This document shows, one piece after another, positions 29,199 through 41,120 of a stretch of 64,000 nucleotides of DNA; within the stretch, counting starts at the first letter, position 1; the number at the start of each line of letters is the position of its first letter. A program made the position numbers and the translations under genes. Where the stretch lies: NCBI RefSeq assembly GCF_009914755.1, contig NC_060944.1. One strand, given 5' to 3'. Origin of the DNA: the human T2T-CHM13v2.0 reference genome, Homo sapiens. The notes under the pieces are model-generated. The model saw only the letters and a list, made by a program, of their open reading frames with translations. It searched no databases and was not told where the DNA came from.

Positions 29199-30349
29199 TA
29201 ACAGGATTCTCTAGCTGCTGTACAGAGAAGAGGCTCCCCAGGCAAGGACAGAACCAGGAGACCAATGAGAAGGTGACCGCAGTAGTTCAGGTGAGAGACG
29301 GTGGTGGCAGTGGACACCAGATTCGGGATGCTTTTTAAGATTAGAGCCCACAGGATTTGTTGATGGACCATTTGTAGGGTGGGACAGGAAAAGAGGCCCA
29401 GGAAGGAGGTACCATTGACATTTGATCCCAAAACTCAGCCAGACCAGATTGAAAAACAGATTGAAGTTGGTCACTCGCTTATCTCGAGGAGTTTCCAAGA
29501 TGAGAGTTTCAGCCTGTCACCCCAGAAATACAGTGAGGCCATTAGTTCCCCATCTTAATCAGATCTCTCCCATCCTATTAAGCAATTTGGGGCCATATCT
29601 GGAGAAGATTTTGTTATTTACCTAAATCTCTGGCTGCTTCATTTAGACCTGGTGTTTAGGCGGAATGCAATTAACACATTCCAAACCTGGTTTCCCCTAA
29701 AATCCAATCAACTGTAACTCGTTTTCAAATCACACTGCTTTCTCTAATTGTGAACCTCAGCCTCCGCAGAATAGCGATTTAAGTCAATTATTGCCTCGCT
29801 TGTATGAAAATTGTGCTATTTATGTTGGCAGCTCCCCACATTACTGATGAGCTTCCTCGAGCTAATGGAATAATGAAAACACAAAACAGATTTACCATTC
29901 TTAATAAGAGAAAGAGATAATGAAGGCAAATTAAAATGGAGGCTCAGATCTGCATGGAGAACAGGTAATGCAGTTTCTTCTTTGAAATTAACACTCGAAT
30001 TCTCAAATGCCAATGGCAGGGAGGGGGAAAGAAACTCAAAATTCCTTTAGACACAAGTGTGCCACTTCAGCTTGGTTTTGAAGATTGTGGTCCTCCCCGG
30101 CACTTTCTGGAGTTTAGATATGGGACGCTGTCAGCAGCCATCCCTGCTGGCACAATAGCCCACGCGCTCACCTCCTCCCCCATTTATGAGCGAAAACTCG
30201 CTTTCCACCAGACACGACGTTCAGCTCTCTCATGCCTTAGGTCATTAGATCCTCTCCAAGTTCTATGCGCTCAGTAGCGTTATCATTATTTCACAGAAGA
30301 ACCAGTTAAATAATTTATCCAAGGCTTAACGCTGCATGTGAATCTAGCC

Positions 30350-30566
30350 CAGGGTCTCAACTGATTGTTGTTTGAGGCTAGCTAATTCTTTGTAGTCGGG
30401 GGTGGGGGCTGTCCTGTGCTTTACAGGATCATTAGCAACATTCCCAGATTCTACTCACAAGACACCAGTGGCAGCCCCATACCTCCAGTGATGATGACCA
30501 AAGATGTCTTGAGACGTTGTCAAATGTTCTCTCCGAGGCATAATCACCCCCGGCTGAGAGCTGCTG
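30350..30566 (-). mobile_element. MER20
   Basis: Reverse complement of the MER20 landmarks seen at 9927. Confidence 0.8.
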
Positions 30567-30937
30567 GTCTAGATTGTGTGCTTGTCAATCAACCCGAACA
30601 GCCAGTCTTGCCGGTGTAAGCAGCAAGAGGCTGAAGGTCAGGAAACCCGCATCCTGGATCTGTCCCCACCTCACATTGTGGCCCAGGGAAAGTCACAGTT
30701 CCTCATGGGGCCTGGGTGTTCTGACCTGCCAAATGAGTGTGATGGCACTGGGACCTGGAACCTGGCTTGGCTAAAGAAGTTTGGCCAAGGTCATTGAAGA
30801 CCTTGGTCAAGTGAGAAGCAGCAGGCCAAGGTGGGGCGGTCACAGGGGGGAAGGGTCAGAGAGATGTGAAGGGCAGCCAAGCCAGAGGGTCTATATTGGC
30901 AAGAAGCAAGGTCAGCTGCGGTCAGAGGGGCCAGAGA

Positions 30938-31068
30938 CCTGCAAAGGCCAGAGCTGACTCCAGGAGGCCGGGAGAGCTGAACATCTGCCTCCCTCCCTCT
31001 TCCTGCAAAGGCCAGAGCTGACTCCAGGAGGCCAGGAGAGCTGAACATCCAGCTCCCTCCCTCTTCCT
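30938..31068. repeat. 64-bp tandem duplication
   Basis: CCTGCAAAGGCCAGAGCTGACTCC...CCCTCTT twice (30938-31001, 31002-31065), about 4 mismatches. Confidence 0.95.
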
Positions 31069-31372
31069 CCTCTGCACCAGGCATTGGGGTCTTACACCTC
31101 ATTTTCCTGTGCTTTTGCTGTGCACTTTCCCATTTACTACAAATAGATGCTTCTGGGCCTAATTCTGGGGCTAATGAGACTCAGACTGGTGATTATAATA
31201 AATATAAAAATGATAGAAACAGATACGAAATGCTGTGCAGAGCCCTCCACTGGCTTCACGGCCTGCATCCTCCCAGCAGCACTGTATCCTTATCGTTATT
31301 AGCCCAGAGGGACAGCCCATTGCTAGGTGTCACAGAGAGAAAGGAGAGAAAAGAGAGCCTTTGAGGCCGAGG

Positions 31373-31373
<1 letters not shown>

Positions 31374-31441
<68 letters not shown>
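31374..31441. repeat. (GAAA)17 microsatellite
   Basis: Uninterrupted GAAA run. Confidence 0.98.
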
Positions 31442-31443
<2 letters not shown>

Positions 31444-31459
31444 GAAACTTGGTGGTAAT

Positions 31460-31665
31460 GGTTGTCATTTATTGAATGCATACTGTGTGCCAGGCCCTGT
31501 TCTAAGCACCTGACTTGGTTTTGCTCATTTAATCCTCACCATCACGTTTAATCTCCACTTCATAGTTAGGCACAGAGAGGTTAAGCCAGTTGCCAGGTTT
31601 GCACAGTTAACTAGTGGTAGAGCTGTGATTTGAACCCATAGTCTGGCTCCAGATTCTGTGCTCTT
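31460..31665 (-). mobile_element. MIR
   Basis: 'atttattgaatgcatactgtgtgccagg...tcatttaatcctcac...gatttgaaccca'. Confidence 0.85.
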
Positions 31666-32498
31666 GACAGCTGTCCCTCAGAGCTGATGGCTCTGTGCTG
31701 CACCTGGGAAATTTAGTCCTCAGCCATGGGGGCCCCTGAACCCACCCAAGGTTTTGTGCTTTAAACACAGCATGAATGATTGGGGCCTCCTGTCCTGGAG
31801 GGAACATGTGGGAACTAGACAACCCATTATGTAGGGACTTTGCACTGATAACAGTGCCCCCGCCCACCACTCCCATGGCTTGGGCTACCCAGGATATTCG
31901 CACAAGCATTGGTTGGGAACCCCAAGAAGGACTGAGTTTGGCCTCCCCAGCAGTTCACTGACTTGACACATGGCTTGGAGACCAAAAGAAAGTGCTTAAT
32001 AAAAACAAAACAAAACAAAAAACACCTGAGTTTGTGAACCAAGAATAATCCAAGGACGATACTTGGTCAGTAAGAAAAGTGCCCAGCATGGAGGTTGGCA
32101 CATCGTGGGTGCTCAGTAAATGTTAGTCCCCACCTTGTTCCTGACCATGCCATCACCACCCACCCCCCGCCTTGCTTAGGGCTTACCCCGCTGGGTGGGG
32201 GTCTGTTTGGGGTAGCTTGTGCAGTCATCTAACTGGTCCCATCCCTCACTTGCAACAGACCGCCCCTGCTTGGTAGCTCATCTTTCTTTTCTGAGGCTAA
32301 TGCTTGGCTGTGTGACCTTTGGCAGGGTGCTTGACCTCTCTGAGCTTCCACTTCCTGGGAGGTTGGGCAGAATCTGTGGATTCTCTTTCAACTCTGAAAT
32401 GCTAGGAATCTCCACTCGGCTCTCTCTTGCAACCCTCTTCTCTCCTCTTCCCTCCACCTCCTCCATCTGTATCTGTATCTCTTTCCTTCTGTCTATAC

Positions 32499-32705
32499 CA
32501 AGCTTCTCCAACCTGTGGTCTAGGACAGCTTTGAATGTGGCCCATCACAAATTCGTAAACTTTCTTAAAACATTATGAGATTTATATTTGCAATTTTTTA
32601 AAAGCTCATCAGATATCATTAGTGTTAGTGTGTTTTATGTGTGGCTCAAGGCAATTCTTCTTCTTCCAATGTGGCCCAGGGAAGCCAAAAGATTGAACAC
32701 CCCTG
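32499..32705. mobile_element. MER30 (hAT-Charlie)
   Basis: 'ggacagctttgaatgtggccc...aaattcgtaaactttcttaaaacattatgaga...ggaagccaaaagattgaacacccctg'. Confidence 0.9.
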
Positions 32706-33329
32706 GATTCTGGACTCTTCTCCACACACCTCTGGGCACTGCTCTGAGCCTCTTTCTAGATCATGATTTCCCAGGAATGGGGGAGGGCAGGATGGAGAGG
32801 ACCATTCCCCCTTTTCCATGGGGTGGCACTGCCCAAGAGGGCTTCGGGCTAGATACCCGGGCGCGCGGCTTGCCTTTTCAGGAAGCTTGTAGCACAGGTA
32901 GATCTCAGCTGACGTCTAGTTGACAAGCTAAATATTTACGGAGCTCCTAAGATTTCCCACCACGTTAAGCCCATTGCTTGATCTCACGTCTGCACACAGC
33001 CCTTCTCTATTCACCTTCAGTCAGACGTTTCCCAGAATCCTCTGGGTTCCAGGCACCATCTCTCAGGAGGGTGATGAAACCATGTCTGCGTCTAATCAAT
33101 TCCAGTAATAATAATAATTCCTTATCGTTGTATAGGATTTCTCAAAGCACGTTTGCACACATTATCTCACTCGCTTTTCACATTAACCCTGTGACTTAGA
33201 TTTTATTTTGAGTCCCATTTTGGAGAGCATGGCTGAGCCACCTACTCCAGGGCCAGCGTGTGGCAGAGCTGTCAGGATCCTCCCTCTTGTCCTCCCACGG
33301 TTGGCAAGGCCAGCTCACTCACATCCAGT

Positions 33330-33830
<501 letters not shown>

Positions 33831-34051
33831 TAGAAGCCATAATAAAAAGCATGGCCTTTTTAGTTTCATAAACTAAAAAATTTGCTTTATGCCACAGCCA
33901 GTTTAAGTTCCTGTCATTTATAGGAAGAGTCCTGATAATGCGGTTGCTGTGGAAGACAGACCAGGGGACAGGAGGGAAGGGAGGCCAGGCTTCCCCTGGT
34001 GAACTGGGAAGATCAGAGACCCACAGTAGTTCATGATGAGACCTTTGAGAC

Positions 34052-34482
34052 CAACGGTCCCCAGCCTTTTTGGCATGAAGGACTGGTTTGGTGGAACACA
34101 GTTTTTCCACAGATGGGGGCAGGGAATGGTTTCAGGATGATTCAAGCGCATTACCTTTACGGTTCACTTTATTTCTATTATTATTAGATTGTAATATATA
34201 ATGAAATAATTATACAACTCACCATAATGTAGAATCAGTGGGAGCCCGAGCTTGTTTTCCTGCAACTAGATGGTCCCATCTGGGGGTGATGGGAGACAGT
34301 AACAGATCATCAGACATTAAATTCTCATAAGGAGTGCACAACCTAGATCTCCATCATGCGCAGTTCACGATAGGGTTCGAACTCCTATGAGGATCTAATG
34401 CCGCAGCTGACTTGTCAGGAGGCGGAGCTCAGGTGGTAATACGACTGGTACCAGGCTCTGACCCAGGCACTGGGGACCCCTG
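34052..34482 (+). mobile_element. MER1A (hAT-Charlie)
   Basis: TIRs CAACGGTCCCCA / TGGGGACCCCTG; 8-bp TSD-like TTTGAGAC / TTTTAGAT. Confidence 0.9.
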
Positions 34483-34834
34483 TTTTAGATAATGGAATAG
34501 CTATATAAAGTTTAATCAAAGAAGAGGACCAAGAAAACTTATAAATCCTTGCACCACATGCACCCACACCATGCCTTTGTAAGATAAGAAAATAATACAG
34601 GAATACTGTCAATACCTTGAAATTCTCAAACCATAGCTCACCTTCATAGAATATCAAAGCTCATTTGGCCCAGTCTCTCTATCTTACCAATGAAAAAAAT
34701 GGAAGTTCAGAGAAGGGACCCGCTCAAGGCCTCCAAGCTGGTGAGCAGCAGGAACCATTCATCAGGTTAGCAAATATTTCTTGATCCCATATCACATCCA
34801 AGATCTCATGGTAAACACTGGAGAGACCTTGGGA

Positions 34835-35385
<551 letters not shown>

Positions 35386-35869
35386 TCATTCCACAAACAT
35401 AGGCAGGCAGGAAACGAACCTCTCTGTATTTCTCCAGGGCAATTTGAGTCTCCATTTTTGGGGAATGTTGAAATCTTAGTTTCATCGAGTTGAGGCTCCT
35501 GCACTTTCCATGGGTGAATTCTGAGTTCATGCAGTGCCAAGTATTTGAAGGAAGTGGGTGGGGGCTGGCCTTGGGGTGACTTGGCCATCTGTCATGCTTT
35601 GGTCCTCAGTCACTGTCCACACAGTAGCTGTGGGGTTCCCATCCTCAGGGCACCTGCAGATCCAGAGATTCTCTGCTGGATCCTTGTTGCCCTCGGCTCA
35701 CAGATATTAATCATATTCAACTGCTCCCTTCCAAGCTGTGGGGTGAGGACTTTGGTGAGGGCCAGACTGCTTGGAGCACACACCTGTGCCTACAGCCACC
35801 TGTCTTCTGGTCTTCTGCTACCTCTTCACGGCTCTCCCCATGCTCTGGACACAGTGCTGTGCTCCGGAT

Positions 35870-36200
35870 GTCTCCAGGCACACTCACACCTCTGTCTGCT
35901 TTTCATCACCCGCCACTACCACCACCCCACTCCAAGCCATCGTTGTCCCCTCTCTGGGCCATGACAGTGGCCTCCTGCCTGGTCTTTCTAATCACAACCT
36001 GCTCTCCATGGTTCCCAAGGTCTATTAGCCCTGGGCAGCCATAATAATCCTTTAAAAATGGAAGTCATCTCTGCCACTCCTCTGCTCTTTAACCCCTCAC
36101 CCCTCTACAGTCAGCATCCCATCTGCAATCAGCATCAATGGCTTCCCATCTCCAATCAGCATCAATCCTAAGGTCTTTGCCATGACTTCTAGGGCTCCAA
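35870..36200 (+). mobile_element. L2 fragment containing a ~22-bp duplication (36118-36167)
   Basis: L2 body; CCCATCT(G/C)CAATCAGCATCAAT occurs twice. Confidence 0.65.
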
Positions 36201-36318
36201 ATAAACCAAAGCGCTTTTGTCCATTGACCCTACTGAGCCATCCTCGTTCCATCCACCCCACCCCAGTTACCAGTCAGACAACATTTCCTAACACAGTAAG
36301 TGTTGGCTACTGTTTCAA

Positions 36319-36578
36319 TTTTTTTTTTTACCCTGTCTCCCAGGCTGGAGTGGAGGAACCCTCTGCCTCCCAAGTTCAAGCAATTCTTCTGCCTCAGTCT
36401 CCCAAGTAGCTGGGACTACAGGTGCACACCACCATTCCCCGCTAATTTTTGTATTTTTTAGTAGAGTTGGGGTTTCACCATGTTGGCCAGACTGGTCTTG
36501 AACTCCTGACCTCAAGTGATCCGGCTGCCTCAGCCTCCCAAAGTGTGAGATTACAGGCATGAGCCACTGTGCCTGGCC
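36319..36578 (-). mobile_element. AluS with internal deletions
   Basis: Reverse Alu lacking part of the right arm. Confidence 0.93.
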
Positions 36579-37469
36579 TGTTATGAATATTATTACTATT
36601 AAAAAATCAGGGAAATTACATTTTTCTATATGTGGAGTACGAACTGAGGTTTTGACCTGTTTACATGTCTCATGAGAGGGACCTTGGGTTCTGACTGTCT
36701 ACAAGGTGATATACCCTGTCTAGAAGCTTCCCCTGCCCCCCCGGGAGACCCAAGGACCCCTGGGTCACAGGATCAGGCTTTCTGGCTGGTCGTCCCCTCA
36801 GAAGAGGCCAGGGCTGCAATCTTGTCTTAAGAATCTTTATTGGAAAATAAACACCGTTAATGTACAAGAAATCCCATCCAAGGGTCCAGTCAAAACATCT
36901 CTGTGTGGACTGATGCCATCCTAATGGGCTCCAGATGTCCTCCCGTCTCAGTGTCCTGGTGACCTGAGGGAGGGAGGTGGGCCTTGGGGGAGACACGTGG
37001 CAGGTTTGGAACCTGAGCAGGGCCTCTTTGCTGCCCCAGTTTCTCTCTGTGTGGGAAGGTTTGGGGGACCTCCTGCACCCGACCCTGTCCCGTTTCACCA
37101 GACCCCCGTCTGTCTTTGCCCTCAGCGGCCTCTGCAGCTTCCTTCTCCTGAGTTTATTCATCTGACCACAGGAAATGCCCAGCTTGGGTGGATCCGATTT
37201 CACTTGAAATTGAAACTGGAGGTGACTCCTTCCGGTCAGCTGAGCTGGAGGCCATGTCTATGCCAAAGCAAGCCAGCTCTTCCCAGAGAACTGTGGAAGG
37301 AGCTGCGGTGGGGATCGGGTATTAGGAGGGAGGGGGCTTGGAGAGATGCGTCAGAGGCCAGAAAGGAAGACACAAGTTGGGGGTTCGAAAGACAAGCTCA
37401 GAAATGTCTCTACTGATAACTTTCTTGAAGATTACTCTTCAAAATTACGGCCTTACGATTTAACACCTG

Positions 37470-37950
37470 AGCTGACCCCAGCTCTCTCTGAGACCTCATT
37501 TCCTACCACACCTCCCAGCACCCTCTTTGCTGCAACCCCACTGGCCTGCTCGCTCTTCCTCCAACCAGGCAAGAACAGTCCTGCCCCCGGGTCTCTGCAG
37601 TTGCTGGTTCCATCACCTGGAGAGCCCTTTCCTTAAATATCTCCGCGGCTGGCTCACTCTGTTCAGATGTCCCTCCTCAGAGATGCTCTCCCTGATGGCC
37701 AGGTCTAGAATATCTGCTGCCTCCCCTCTGCCTCGCGCTTCTGTGTCTTTTCTCTTGTCTCGTTTTCCTTCACGGCACTTCTCACTACCTGCTACTAGAC
37801 GACGTATTTCATCGTCTGTTGATTTGCTTTTCCTGTCTCCCTCGCTAGGCTCCAGGAGCCACCGGGGGCTTGTTCACGCTTGCTGCTGTGGCTCCAGCAG
37901 TAAGAACGGGGCCTGGCACCTAGTAGGTGCTCAGTCAATAGTTACTAAGT
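37470..37950 (+). mobile_element. L2 3' region
   Basis: Ends 'cctggcacctagtaggtgctcagtcaata'. Confidence 0.85.
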
Positions 37951-37957
37951 GATGCTA

Positions 37958-38305
<348 letters not shown>

Positions 38306-38539
38306 TCACCCCCACCTCAACTGCCCCCAACCCCACTCCACCCTACCCTCAGTGTCCCTGGAGTCTGGAGCAGGCGGCTGGGCCCCTGTGGTGGTATAAC
38401 TGCCTGCTCTGCTCCACGAGGCTACAGAGGGCTTCATGTGGATGTCTGTTTCCCTTCCTCACACCCACGTGGCTGTGACTGCAAAGGAATGGCGACTGGA
38501 CAGCGTCTTGCAGCAACCAAGGCAATCACAGTAATCCTG

Positions 38540-38710
38540 GCCGATAGCCCTAGAGCCCTATCTGAGCCTCACAACAACCCCAGATGGAGGTTACATCATT
38601 ACCCCATCAACAGAGAAGGAAACTGAGGCACAGAGCGATTCAATGTCTGCCCAGGGTCCCATGGATAGCAAATGGGGGAGCTGAGAGCTGAAGCCCAGTA
38701 TTCCCAGTTG
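38540..38710 (-). mobile_element. MIR
   Basis: 'cctcacaacaaccc...ggaaactgaggcacagag'. Confidence 0.8.
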
Positions 38711-39168
38711 GGTATTGGTCCCAGGTCCACATGAGGCCAAACCCAATGTCCTTCCCTTTACACGAAGCATCATCAGTGTGCTCTGGAGCCAAGAGAAATT
38801 AAGCACTTGCATTCGATCCTCCAGCATGGCTCTGCCAGGGAAAGTGGCCGGGAGAGGACACTTACCTCTGGGGAAAGGAGAGGAACTGAGGCTCACAGAC
38901 TAATGAATGTGTAAGAGTCTTAGGTCTCTGCCAACCTCAGTGGTCAGAGTCCACACTACTTCCCCTTACCAGATTACTGCCCTCTGTTAGAGTCATTCTT
39001 CGGGGGGAGCTGCCAGGAGGCCTGTGTATTCTCACCAGGCTTCCCTCCCTGAGAGAAGCCAAACGTATAAACAACTCATGATTTGTGTGAATTTCCCATG
39101 ATGTACCCAATCCAAGTTTGGCTATACCAAATAGATGAAAGCAGAGACTTCTAGAAATCCAACCCTGA

Positions 39169-39830
<662 letters not shown>

Positions 39831-39917
39831 TATCCAAGAGCCTCTCCTTTTACAGGTGAGCAAATTAAGGACCAGCGGAGGGAAGGACTTGCCCACGTCC
39901 ATCCAACCAACTAGAGC

Positions 39918-40340
39918 CTATAGTCATTGCTTAGGGCCGTCATGACAAATTGCCACAATCTTGGTGCCATAAATTCCTGCCAAAACAATAGAAATTTCTC
40001 CTCTCACAGTTCTGAAGGTCAGAAATCCCAGATCAAGGTATGGGCAGGGCCACACTCCCCTGCAAGGCTCTGGGGGAGAATTCATTGCTTGCCTCTTCCA
40101 ACGGCAGGAGATCCCTGGCTTGTGGCTGCACCTCTGTCTGCCTCCATCTTTACGGGGCCTTCTCTGTGTCTCTGCGTCCCTCTCCCTCCTCTTATAAAGA
40201 CATCAGTCATTGGATTTAGGACCCATCCTATCTTCAGGGTGACTTCATTTCAAGATCCTTAGATAATTATGCCTGCAAAGATCCTATTTCCAAATAAGCT
40301 CACATTCTGAATTTTGGGGGACAGTAGGCACCCTCCTACA
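39918..40340 (-). mobile_element. MLT1B/C LTR
   Basis: 'acaaattgccacaa...ctctcacagttctg...cagtcattggatttagg...gcaaagatcctatttccaaataag'. Confidence 0.85.
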
Positions 40341-40799
40341 GAGGCAGAGCTGGCAAGATTCCAGGTCTCCTCCCAACTGCAGCCCCCATGGGGACTTCAC
40401 AAGGAACTCAGCTTTCAGGGAGGGCGTTGGCGGCCAGCGGCTGTGGCTGTCAGTCTCCCACGTACTTGTCAAGAAGGAGATGAAAAAAATAAACTATAGG
40501 GTTAATGAAAGCGGCAAGATGACCTCGGCTGATCCCCGTAATCCCTTGCTCTAAGCCTGGCTTTCTATCATCAGTCAAGGGTTCTTTTTTTTCTCCTTCT
40601 TCAGAAAGTTTCTCCAGAGAAGCAGCCCTTCCAAATTTAATAAATCTCCCCGCCCCCAGCTTTCCCTGAAATAATGAACCGGCAGGATGATTTTCAAATG
40701 TCTGTCTCAACGCTGTGACGAAGAATCCCCAGGAAAAAACTGCAGGGGAGAGGGAGGTGTGCAGACTGGGGCTGTTTGTGGCTGAGGATGTGCACAGAT

Positions 40800-41030
40800 G
40801 CCTGGAAGTGTGTGTGATGGTGTGTGCAGCGTGTGTGTGTATGTGTGTGTGTAAGGAGCATCAGGCCTGTGGGACGGGGATCTGACAGGGACTGCCTACA
40901 TTGAAAGTGTGTGCACGTAGGTAGACACATGTGTGTGAACATGTGAGTGAAAAAATGAGCACGTGCGAATGTGCACGTGTGTGTTTGCGACTGTGCGTGT
41001 GTGTGTGCATGTGTGCGTGAGTACATGTCA
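40800..41030. repeat. Degenerate (TG)n low-complexity tract
   Basis: Interrupted TG/CGTG runs upstream of the VNTR. Confidence 0.85.
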
Positions 41031-41120
41031 GAGAGAACGTAAGTATTAGAGTTTATGTGTCAGGCAAAGGTTTGGAGGTCCATGTGCAGTGTGAGGAAAT
41101 GCCTGGATGCCTGGATATGG

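Noticed and set aside
29843-29880. Hammerhead ribozyme core (CTGATGA followed by a short stem); similar at ~43905
   Set aside because: The required GAAA does not follow stem II, and stems I and III cannot be formed.
36670-37203. 177-aa minus-strand ORF
   Set aside because: No recognisable homology; it reads through two AATAAA signals. Kept only as a non-coding exon candidate.
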